Source of the DNA: Candidatus Omnitrophota bacterium
GTDB lineage: Bacteria > Omnitrophota > Gorgyraeia > Gygaellales > Profunditerraquicolaceae
NCBI GenBank assembly: GCA_025453395.1
Contig: JALOQK010000002.1
Location: 241,102 to 305,101 of the forward strand
Length of the DNA: 64,000 bases
Reading direction: 5' to 3'
Positions 56,654 through 64,000 of this stretch are shown here, piece by piece. The notes beneath the pieces were generated by a model. The model saw nothing but the letters and a program-made list of their open reading frames with translations. It ran no database searches and was not told where the DNA came from. Position 1 is the first letter of the stretch, and every line of letters starts with the position of its first letter. Made by a program: the position numbers and the translations under genes.

Positions 56654-57026
56654 CTTCGGATTTATTTTCGTCGGGGCCTGGAGAGCAAAGCTTATAGTCT
56701 TTATTGTCATCGCTTAAAAGCTCATATTTGTAGGCCCTACCCCAGGGGTCTTTCAGGTCTCTGTCCTTTTTGATATAAGGGCCTTTCCATTGGGTGCTGG
56801 AGTCAGGATTTGTCAAAAGGTCATCCAACTTGCCGGGATAATGCCCCATATCTATTTCAAACATGTCCAAGGCAACCGGTATATTCGCCTGGACCGCGGA
56901 CCTGGCCACAGTAATGCGCGCTTCTTCAGAGCGGCCCACAAGCCTGGGCATAACCATCGCGGCCAAAACCCCTATAATGATAACTACCAACATAAGCTCA
57001 ATTAAAGTAAAGGCTGTTTTTTTCAC
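56634..57026 (-). CDS. gspG: Major pseudopilin GspG
   Basis: MKKTAFTLIELMLVVIIIGVLAAMV plus GspG-specific ALDMFEIDMGHYPGKLDDL...WKGPYIKK...DPWGRAYKYE motifs. Confidence 0.85.
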   Translation of the reverse strand: MKKTAFTLIELMLVVIIIGVLAAMVMPRLVGRSEEARITVARSAVQANIPVALDMFEIDMGHYPGKLDDLLTNPDSSTQWKGPYIKKDRDLKDPWGRAYKYELLSDDNKDYKLCSPGPDENKSEDDICNN

Positions 57027-57049
57027 TTTTTCCTCCTGGAATATGGCAA

Positions 57050-58258
57050 TTACCGCACAATTAAATTAATCTGGAATATCGGCAACAACATGGAAATTAC
57101 AATAAAACCTACGACCAGGCCCATAAAAAGAATTACCGCCGGCTCTACAAGTTTGCTTATTGTCTTTAAGAAAGAATCCACCTCTTTTTCATAGTCATCC
57201 GAAATACGCACCAACGCCTTTTCCAAGGTCCCGCTTTCTTCGCCCACGGTAATAACATTCATAATAAGAGGCGGAAATAATTTTGAATCCTTGATACTAT
57301 TGGAAAGGCTTTTGCCTTCGCTTATATCGTCCTTAACCTTTAAGATCTCCGCTTTAATGATTTTATTATCCAATAGTGAAGCTGAGATATCAAGCGCCGG
57401 CACGATAGTGACTCCGCTTGAAATCAAAAGCGATAACGTGCGCATCATCCTGCTTATCTCGCTTTTAAGGATGATGTCGCCAAAAATAAAAACTTTAAGT
57501 TTTAATTTATCGCAATGCATCCTTCCTTCATCGCTTTGATAGTATCGATATAGCACAAATCCAACCAGGGCAATAAAACCTAAAGCCATCCACCAATATT
57601 GCCTGAGCATCTGGGATGAATCTATGAGGATTCTGGTGGGAACCGGCAAGGCTTGCCCCATATCATCAAACATCACCACTAACCTGGGGATAACAAATCC
57701 CATTAAAACGCCTATGGTCAATACCCCCACGCAAAACACAAACGCCGGGTAAATCAGGGCCCCTTTTATGGAACTTTTAAATTCTTCTTCTTTCTCCAGG
57801 AATGTCGCTAATCGGCTTAAAGTTTTATCCAATGTTCCGCCAACTTCCCCGGAATGCACCATGGAAACATATATGGCCGGGAATAATTCTTTATGCTTAG
57901 ACAGGGCCTCGGAAAGCGGGATCCCGTCTTTTATTTTGCTTGCGATATCCCTTAAGACAATCTTAAAATGCTGGTTCGGGCTCTGATCGCCTATGATGCT
58001 TATCCCGTTAATAATGTTTACCCCGGAACCAACCAGGCTGGATAATTGCGTGGTAAATTGCACGATATCTTTTTTTGAAATACGGGACACCTTCAGGAAA
58101 TTATCTTTAATGAAGAACGTTTCTTCGGGGATGATGCTTATAGGGTAGAGGCCTTTTTGGGCAAGCTTGTCTATCGCGTCTTGCTGGGATTGGGCGTCGA
58201 CAATTCCGCTTGCGGCTTTCCCGGGGCCAGATTTGGCGCTATACTTATAACGTGGCAT
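57050..58258 (-). CDS. gspF: Type II secretion / type IV pilus platform protein GspF/PilC
   Basis: Two T2SSF repeats and three TM segments. Confidence 0.9.
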   Translation of the reverse strand: MPRYKYSAKSGPGKAASGIVDAQSQQDAIDKLAQKGLYPISIIPEETFFIKDNFLKVSRISKKDIVQFTTQLSSLVGSGVNIINGISIIGDQSPNQHFKIVLRDIASKIKDGIPLSEALSKHKELFPAIYVSMVHSGEVGGTLDKTLSRLATFLEKEEEFKSSIKGALIYPAFVFCVGVLTIGVLMGFVIPRLVVMFDDMGQALPVPTRILIDSSQMLRQYWWMALGFIALVGFVLYRYYQSDEGRMHCDKLKLKVFIFGDIILKSEISRMMRTLSLLISSGVTIVPALDISASLLDNKIIKAEILKVKDDISEGKSLSNSIKDSKLFPPLIMNVITVGEESGTLEKALVRISDDYEKEVDSFLKTISKLVEPAVILFMGLVVGFIVISMLLPIFQINLIVR

Positions 58259-58259
58259 G

Positions 58260-59972
58260 TTATTCGTTTAACCCTTCTTGCTGGGTCACGCGGATAATTT
58301 CACTGTAAGTAGTGATCCCCATTAAAACCTTCTTTAGGCCGTCATCACGCAAGGTGCGCATGCCTTTTTCAACAGCTTTTTGTTTGATCTGCTGGCTGGA
58401 AGCTCGGTTAATGATCATTTCGCGGATAACCTCATCCACAACTAATATTTCATGAATACCGGTCCTGCCGCGATAACCGGTAAAACGGCACTGGTCACAG
58501 CCCTTTCCTTCATATACGGTAATATTATCTGCGTCGGGCATACTGCTTTTTATTTGTTTTATGATCTGCTCGCTTGTCTTGGCCTGAAATTTGCAATTAG
58601 GGCAAATAAGCCTGACCAATCTTTGCGCGATCAGGCATTCTAATGAAGAAGAAACCAAAAACGGCTCAATGCCCATATCCAAGAGGCGGGTTACTGCCCC
58701 GGCCGCGTCGTTAGTATGAAGCGTTGAAAAAACCAAATGCCCGGTTAACGCCGCGCGGATAGCAGTTTCGGCGGTTTCATAATCTCGGACTTCTCCCACC
58801 ATCATAATGTCCGGGTCGTGCCTTAACATATGCCTTAGGCCCAAAGCAAAATCAAGGCCAATGCGGGAATTTACCTGGATCTGATTTATCCCTTTTAGCT
58901 GATATTCAATCGGATCTTCCATGGTAATGATTTTTACCGCTTGAGAATTGATCTTGGCCAATGAAGCATAAAGGGTAGTGGATTTGCCAGAACCGGTAGG
59001 CCCGTTCAAAAAGATAACCCCGTGCGGTTTTTTGATCATCTGCTCAATTATGCGCAAGTTATCCGGCAATAAGCCTATCTTCTCAAGTTCCAAGAAGAAT
59101 TGAGAACTTAATATCCTAATGTGCACCGCTTCCCCAAAAGCTGTAGGGATCGTAGAAACTCTTAGGTCTAATTCCTGATTATCAATTTTGATCTTAATCC
59201 TTCCATCCTGCGGGATACGATGCTCGGCGATATTCATATGCCCCATGATCTTAATACGCGAAACAATGGCAGGATGAAAATACTTAATCGTCTCAGGGAT
59301 GTTGATATTATACAAGATACCGTCTATTCTAAAGCGGGTGCGCAATTCATCCTGAAACGGCTCAAGATGGATATCGGTGGCGCGGTCTTTGATTGCTTCG
59401 GATAAGATCTGATTAACGAATTTTATAATAGAGGCGTCTTCGGCTAAGACTTCCAGGTCTTCGGTTTTATCCAAATGCCCGGGTATCTCATGGATGGGCT
59501 GATCCTTGGAGATCATTTTTTCTAATGTTTCCGCCCCTACCCCGTAATATTTACGGATAGCATCTTGAATTTCCGCTTCGCTTGCCAAAACACCTTTAAC
59601 ATCAAAGCCTAAGATAAGGTTTAAATCATCAACTGTGCGCACGTCTAAAGGATCGGTCATGGCTATGGTCATGACGTTATCCTTAAAATCCAGAGGGATT
59701 ATTTTATAGTGGCTGGCGAATTTAGCGGATACCTTGCGGATTACCGAAGGGTCAATTTTTTTGTCTTTTAATTTTAAATACGGAATGTTTAACTGATGGG
59801 ATAGAAGCTGGAAAACTTTTTCTTCTGTGGCAAAGCCCAGCTTAATTAAAGTGGCGCAAATAAATTCTCCGGTTTTTTCGCGCTCCTTAAGCCCCACCTG
59901 AAGCTGCTCGGAAGTGATTATTCCCTGCTCAATGAGAAGCTGCCCGATAAGAATACTATTTTTAGTAGACAA
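58260..59972 (-). CDS. gspE: Type II secretion ATPase GspE/PilB
   Basis: N-terminal T2SSE_N domain, Walker A GPTGSGKST, Asp/His boxes, and the tetracysteine CPNC...CDQC. The start decodes as TTG, preceded by a GGGAGG Shine-Dalgarno sequence. Confidence 0.95.
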   Translation of the reverse strand: MSTKNSILIGQLLIEQGIITSEQLQVGLKEREKTGEFICATLIKLGFATEEKVFQLLSHQLNIPYLKLKDKKIDPSVIRKVSAKFASHYKIIPLDFKDNVMTIAMTDPLDVRTVDDLNLILGFDVKGVLASEAEIQDAIRKYYGVGAETLEKMISKDQPIHEIPGHLDKTEDLEVLAEDASIIKFVNQILSEAIKDRATDIHLEPFQDELRTRFRIDGILYNINIPETIKYFHPAIVSRIKIMGHMNIAEHRIPQDGRIKIKIDNQELDLRVSTIPTAFGEAVHIRILSSQFFLELEKIGLLPDNLRIIEQMIKKPHGVIFLNGPTGSGKSTTLYASLAKINSQAVKIITMEDPIEYQLKGINQIQVNSRIGLDFALGLRHMLRHDPDIMMVGEVRDYETAETAIRAALTGHLVFSTLHTNDAAGAVTRLLDMGIEPFLVSSSLECLIAQRLVRLICPNCKFQAKTSEQIIKQIKSSMPDADNITVYEGKGCDQCRFTGYRGRTGIHEILVVDEVIREMIINRASSQQIKQKAVEKGMRTLRDDGLKKVLMGITTYSEIIRVTQQEGLNE

Positions 59973-59995
59973 ATCAACCTCCCTTAGTTACCAAT

Positions 59996-60024
59996 ATAAT
60001 ATATTTAAAGCCTCAAATTGTAAA
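59996..60024 (-). promoter_or_regulatory. Candidate sigma-70-type promoter for the gspE operon
   Basis: On the minus strand, TTTACA (rc of 60019..60024), a 17-nt spacer, then TATTAT (rc of 59996..60001), about 25 nt upstream of the gspE TTG. Confidence 0.3.
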
Positions 60025-60038
60025 GTTATATTCTTTTT

Positions 60039-60674
60039 TTAATTAAAACCAAATCTGCCCACCAAAGGCACAAACACGCAGGCGCAAGAAGGCCTACATT
60101 CGATTTTCAAGTTTTTTATAACCACATTGATTGTCTGTATTGCCTTATCTCCCAAAGGTATGACCATACGCCCGCCTTGTTTCAACTGGTCCAAGAGCGG
60201 CTGCGGTATTTCGGGGCTGGCTGCGGATACGATTATTTTATCAAAACATCCCTTTTCTTTATATCCCATTGTCCCGTCGCCAGTGATCACGGTTACATTT
60301 GAATACCCTAACTTGTTTAACAGGTCTTTGGCATTAGTTGCTATGCTTTCTATGCGCTCAATAGTAAAAACCTCTTTGGCCAATTGCGCCAGTATCGCGC
60401 TTTGGTATCCGGAACCGGTGCCTATCTCAAGCACGCAATCATCCTTGTTGATCTCTAAAAGCTCAACCATCAACGCTGTAATATAAGGTTGAGAAATAGT
60501 TTGTGCCTGCCCTATTTGCACGGGATGGTCAGCATACGCCTGCTCAATTCTGGATGCAGGGACAAAAAGATGCCGTTCAATCTTCATAAACGCTTCTAAG
60601 ACACGGGCACATTTTATGCCCCTGGATACCAATTGGGACTGCACCATATCCTTGCGCAAAGACAGAAAATCCAT
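60039..60674 (-). CDS. pcm: Protein-L-isoaspartate O-methyltransferase
   Basis: Motifs QTISQPYITALMVELL, VLEIGTGSGYQSAILA and a post-III region. Confidence 0.9.
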   Translation of the reverse strand: MDFLSLRKDMVQSQLVSRGIKCARVLEAFMKIERHLFVPASRIEQAYADHPVQIGQAQTISQPYITALMVELLEINKDDCVLEIGTGSGYQSAILAQLAKEVFTIERIESIATNAKDLLNKLGYSNVTVITGDGTMGYKEKGCFDKIIVSAASPEIPQPLLDQLKQGGRMVIPLGDKAIQTINVVIKNLKIECRPSCACVFVPLVGRFGFN

Positions 60675-60675
60675 G

Positions 60676-61350
60676 CTATTTCCTCTTGTGCGGGGCTAAT
60701 TCCTTAAAAATCATCGCTACGAATTTAATGGTATCTACAAACGGGTTTATCTTACTTTTTTCGCGTGAATAAATAGTCTGAATAGGCACAGATTGTATTT
60801 TAACGCCCAAGCGCGAGGCCTTAATAATTATTTCTGATTCGGTTTCATACCCGGAAGTTTTAAGATAAAGCTTTTTAAGAAGCGGCGTTGAGATCAGGCG
60901 AAAACCGCACTGGGTATCAGGAATATGCTGATGCGCAAGAAAAGAAATAAAAGCGGACATCACGCTATTTGTCATCACTCTTTCCCAGGGCATATTGCGG
61001 GTATCCCGCATTCTATTGCCGATAATAAACGCATTGCTTTTGCCTTGGGCAAGATCAAGCAATAAGGGTATTTCTTCAGGCAGATGCTGGCCATCGGCAT
61101 CCATGGTAACAACAGGGTCATATCCGTTATTCATCGCGTAATCAAATCCCAGAGAAAGCGAGGCGCCCTTGCCTTTATTTTTCAAAGAAGATATTACTAT
61201 AGCGCCCTGCTCTTTAGCTAAGCGCGCAGTTTGGTCAGATGAACCGTCATTAATAACAACGGCTTCAAGGCCTTGATTTCTCACGCGCGCGGTAATTCCG
61301 GAGATCGTCTTTTCTTCGTTATAAGCTGGGATTACCACGCAAGTTTTCAT
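60676..61350 (-). CDS. GT2 family glycosyltransferase (polyprenyl-phosphate sugar synthase-like)
   Basis: VVIPAYNEE...INDGSSD...DADGQH DxD-type GT-A fold. Confidence 0.8.
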   Translation of the reverse strand: MKTCVVIPAYNEEKTISGITARVRNQGLEAVVINDGSSDQTARLAKEQGAIVISSLKNKGKGASLSLGFDYAMNNGYDPVVTMDADGQHLPEEIPLLLDLAQGKSNAFIIGNRMRDTRNMPWERVMTNSVMSAFISFLAHQHIPDTQCGFRLISTPLLKKLYLKTSGYETESEIIIKASRLGVKIQSVPIQTIYSREKSKINPFVDTIKFVAMIFKELAPHKRK

Positions 61351-62204
61351 TGTTTATAGAATTTGCGAAACATATACCACTGTTCAGGGTACTGTTTTAT
61401 ATATCGCTCAAATATTTCCTTGTATTCAAAGATAGTCCGGATTAAATCATTTTTCTTATCGCCAGAATTCTTGCATTCAATCGGCCGGTTAAAATGCAAT
61501 GTGAAAGTATCGTCATTGTTGCGCACCATAAAAATAGGGACAATCAAGGCGCCGGTCTTAAGGCCAAAGGCTGCCGGGCCTTCAGGAAATAATGTTTTCT
61601 TGCCAAAAAAATCTATTAACTGTCCTCTTTCGCCAAAATCCCTGTCGCCGACTAAAGCAAGGATGCCTTTTTCTTCCAAAACACGCAGGCATTGCCTGAC
61701 CGCCTTCCCAAAAGGTATAACTGTCAAACCTTTACTTTGCCTTTGGCGGTTAAAAAAATCATTAACTTTTTTATCCTGATGCACTAAAGCCACCGCAGAA
61801 AGTGCATGCCCCAGAACGCCCATTACCGCTCCGCCTAATTCCCAATTGCCCAAATGCGCGGTAACAATAATTACCCCTTTGCCGCTTGCCCGCGCCTGGT
61901 CGAAATATTGTTTATTTTGGAAGAAAACATTCTTATCTATAAATTTTTTATCCAGCTTATCGTATCTAAAAAAATCTACCAGGTATTTGGCGAAATTCCT
62001 GAAAATCGCCTTTCTTATCCCGGCTATTTCCTTATTTGTTTTTTGCGGGAAAATTATTTTAAGATTGCAGGTTACCGCTTTACGGTCTTCTTTATTAAAT
62101 AAACAGTGGATATCTGAAACAAATGCGGCGAATTTATACGCAAAATTTAACGGCAGGTTTAAAGCAATAGTCTTTCCTATTTGATATAACCAATAAGTGG
62201 CCAT
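61347..62204 (-). CDS. Lysophospholipid / lipid A late acyltransferase (LpxL/HtrB family)
   Basis: HLGNWE motif (TAHLGNWELGG) of the HtrB/MsbB family, with a membrane-anchored N-terminus. Confidence 0.8.
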   Translation of the reverse strand: MATYWLYQIGKTIALNLPLNFAYKFAAFVSDIHCLFNKEDRKAVTCNLKIIFPQKTNKEIAGIRKAIFRNFAKYLVDFFRYDKLDKKFIDKNVFFQNKQYFDQARASGKGVIIVTAHLGNWELGGAVMGVLGHALSAVALVHQDKKVNDFFNRQRQSKGLTVIPFGKAVRQCLRVLEEKGILALVGDRDFGERGQLIDFFGKKTLFPEGPAAFGLKTGALIVPIFMVRNNDDTFTLHFNRPIECKNSGDKKNDLIRTIFEYKEIFERYIKQYPEQWYMFRKFYKQ

Positions 62205-63319
62205 CAGCTTAAGTCAAGAAGAAGCCTTGCGGTATCAAGGCTTGAATTAGGCCTGCTAATAGCATTTGCAGCCTGGCGCATGGCATCTATTTTTAAAGGT
62301 TTATTTATGAAATCTTTGATGTAGAAATTTATATTCTTGAAATCATCAAGCCTTATCGCTGCTTTAGAATGCACAAGATAGGCGGAATTGTTGGCTTCTT
62401 GCCCGGGTATAGGTTTAATAATAATCATCGGCAGGGACTTGGATAGCGCCTCTGATGTGGTGATCCCCCCGGGCTTGGTAATAATAATATCCGAAACCGT
62501 CATAAACTCGTGGATATTGTTTGCATACCCAAAAACAAGCATCTTGTGTTTTGATTTTGCGGACTTTTTCCTTAAACTTTTATAAAGTTTCGTATTGCTT
62601 CCGGCTATAACAATACTTTGCACAGGGAGATCAAGCTTTTCCAACGAAGAAATTATGGTTTTTATGGGCCCCAGTCCTTGCCCTCCACCCATGATCAATA
62701 TCGTAAAGACTTTGGGGTTTAATCCTAAGTCACGGCATATTTTATCTTTATCAAGCGAATAGCTGAATTTCGGGTCGCAAGGTATGCCAAAGGGTTTGAT
62801 CTTCTGAATAGGCACTCCTCTTTGCGAAAGCTTATCTCCCACTTCGCTTGATGGGACAACATAATAATTTACCTGATTATAGATCCAATAGAGATGCGGC
62901 ACATAATCCGTTAATACCGCCACTAGCGGCATGTTAGAGCGGTAGATTTGCTTAAAATCCGCCACCATCCCGCAGGGGAAAGCCTGGGAGCAAGCTACCA
63001 CATCAGGCTGGAATTGATCGAAAAGGCGCTTGAATTTTATAGAATTTTGCTTATGCAGCAGCTCTTTTATGCTGCCTAAACTTTTTACCACCTTCGGGTT
63101 ATCATAAAGATAATCCCATATCCGAGGGATCCTTTTGATGACCGTCATGTACAAACGGTTAACTACTTTCTCTGATATGGGATTTGTATAGTTAAAAGCA
63201 TTTAAATTCATCACCTGAGTTTCTGGTGAAAGGGTTTTTATGGCTTTTTCTATAGCGATGGTAGCGCTATGATGCCCGGATATTTCTGAAATGTACATTA
63301 AAATTATACGCTTGCCCAT
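62204..63319 (-). CDS. GT28-family glycosyltransferase (MGDG-synthase / MurG-like)
   Basis: The N-terminal GHHSATIAIEKAI resembles the MGDG_synth GNGH motif. The central ILIMGGGQGLGP is a MurG/GT28 C-terminal-domain glycine loop. Confidence 0.6.
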   Translation of the reverse strand: MGKRIILMYISEISGHHSATIAIEKAIKTLSPETQVMNLNAFNYTNPISEKVVNRLYMTVIKRIPRIWDYLYDNPKVVKSLGSIKELLHKQNSIKFKRLFDQFQPDVVACSQAFPCGMVADFKQIYRSNMPLVAVLTDYVPHLYWIYNQVNYYVVPSSEVGDKLSQRGVPIQKIKPFGIPCDPKFSYSLDKDKICRDLGLNPKVFTILIMGGGQGLGPIKTIISSLEKLDLPVQSIVIAGSNTKLYKSLRKKSAKSKHKMLVFGYANNIHEFMTVSDIIITKPGGITTSEALSKSLPMIIIKPIPGQEANNSAYLVHSKAAIRLDDFKNINFYIKDFINKPLKIDAMRQAANAISRPNSSLDTARLLLDLS

Positions 63320-63338
63320 TTTTATTCTAAGCTGCCTT

Positions 63339-64000
63339 TTAGATTCCTCCTTTATGGTAGATTGTCGTAAAGGCTTGAACTACTTTGGGGTCAAATTGGC
63401 TTCCAGAACAACGCTTGATTTCCTGAAAGGCTTCATCTTTGCTTAACGCCCGGCGGTAGGGACGATGGGTAATCATCGCGTCAAAGGCATCAGCCACAGA
63501 GATTATAGAAGCCATAAGCGGTATCTGATCTTCTTTTAATTTTCCCGGATATCCATTGCCGTCATAATGCTCATGGTGGCATTTGACCGCTTCAATGGCA
63601 TTTTCCAATTCAGTAATGGGGGCAAGAATTGATGAGCCCACCTTGGGATGCTCTTGGACCACCGTTCTTTCTTCCGGGGTAAGAAACCCGTTTTTATTAA
63701 GGATACTTTCCGGAACGCCTATTTTCCCGATATCATGCAGAAGGCTTGCCACCCTTAATTGCTCTAAAAATTTGCTCGAAGCAACCGCAGAGTTTTCTTG
63801 CGCCATTTCACAGGCAATTTGATTGCTTAAAGAAGTTACCCTTTCGGTGTGCCCGTGCGTATAATGGTCTTTAGCGTCTATTGCCGCGGCAAGCGCCATA
63901 ACGGTATTGATAAACAGCCGGTAGTTTTTATTAACTTGATTTTCCAGGTCTTGAAATAGCTTGGCGTTTCTTATGGCCATAGCCATGTCGGAAGCAAGCG
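63339..64000 (-). CDS. HD-GYP domain protein; this is the C-terminal part only, and the gene continues beyond the window end
   Basis: HTHGHTERV...LLHDIGKIGVPESIL...HHEHYDGNGYPG (HD plus GYP signature). The ORF is open to the window edge. Confidence 0.75.
   Translation of the reverse strand, partial: LASDMAMAIRNAKLFQDLENQVNKNYRLFINTVMALAAAIDAKDHYTHGHTERVTSLSNQIACEMAQENSAVASSKFLEQLRVASLLHDIGKIGVPESILNKNGFLTPEERTVVQEHPKVGSSILAPITELENAIEAVKCHHEHYDGNGYPGKLKEDQIPLMASIISVADAFDAMITHRPYRRALSKDEAFQEIKRCSGSQFDPKVVQAFTTIYHKGGI

Noticed and set aside
58260-59972. Treating the cluster as a type IV pilus system with PilB/PilT
   Set aside because: There is no PilT-like retraction ATPase in the window, the major pilin is GspG-like, and a GspK homologue is present. 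I therefore kept T2SS nomenclature and note the PilMNOPQ-like platform as a caveat rather than renaming the genes.

Overview
This 64 kb window comes from a moderately AT-rich bacterium that looks diderm: it encodes an LpxL/HtrB-type acyltransferase, a BamE-like protein, a giant beta-barrel outer-membrane protein and a secretin-based type II secretion / type IV pilus-like machine. Every protein gene except one (a GH94-like glycoside phosphorylase homologue, 23873..27097 +) lies on the minus strand, many with 1-30 nt overlaps, which points to long co-directional operons. I read the genes by eye from the ORF track plus manual translation of both strands. There is no CRISPR array, no rRNA, no transposase and no integrase.

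Gene content, in coordinate order:
- pdxJ 5' part (runs off the window start; absent from the ORF track), then a 45-aa single-TM ORF, cdaA, folP (with an N-terminal extension), ftsH and tilS.
- An orphan soluble histidine kinase with a receiver-only partner, two small membrane proteins, a tRNA-Met(CAT), and a BamE-like / coiled-coil / dgkA operon.
- A corrinoid iron-sulfur protein module without CODH/ACS catalytic subunits (acsE, acsD, cooC, the corrinoid reductive activator and acsC), followed by a LarB-like gene.
- A pair of excisionase-type HTH proteins, one membrane-anchored and one fused to a bactofilin domain.
- mgtC, tsaD, a YibQ-like gene, ctpA and gatCAB.
- The GH94-like gene, convergent with a 937-aa TPR plus beta-barrel outer-membrane protein.
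- plsY, pgsA, lepB, lepA, cmk, tyrA, a DAHP synthase, a hisC-like aminotransferase, pheA, scpB, ruvA, ruvC and yebC.
- An RNase P RNA (rnpB, not in the ORF track) abutting rnhA, a COG1579 zinc-ribbon protein, tRNA-Val(CAC) and a tRNA-Ile2-like tRNA(CAT).
- rpoD, dnaG, a Nif3-like gene, cvpA, a TonB-C-like protein and cobO.
- A complete gspE-F-G-H-I-J-K-L-M-C-D cluster whose secretin carries a C-terminal TonB-C-like domain and whose four pseudopilins all show an Ala(-1) F(+1) prepilin cleavage site.
- pcm, a GT2 glycosyltransferase, an LpxL-like acyltransferase, a GT28 glycosyltransferase, and a partial HD-GYP gene at the window end.

Other notable items are three related AT-rich intergenic repeat elements and a 14-mer palindromic motif present twice in opposite orientation. 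Coordinates follow the printed labels, which agree with the ORF track at every start and stop I checked except around 38.94-39.01 kb, where my hand count is off by 1 nt; I used the ORF-track coordinates there.
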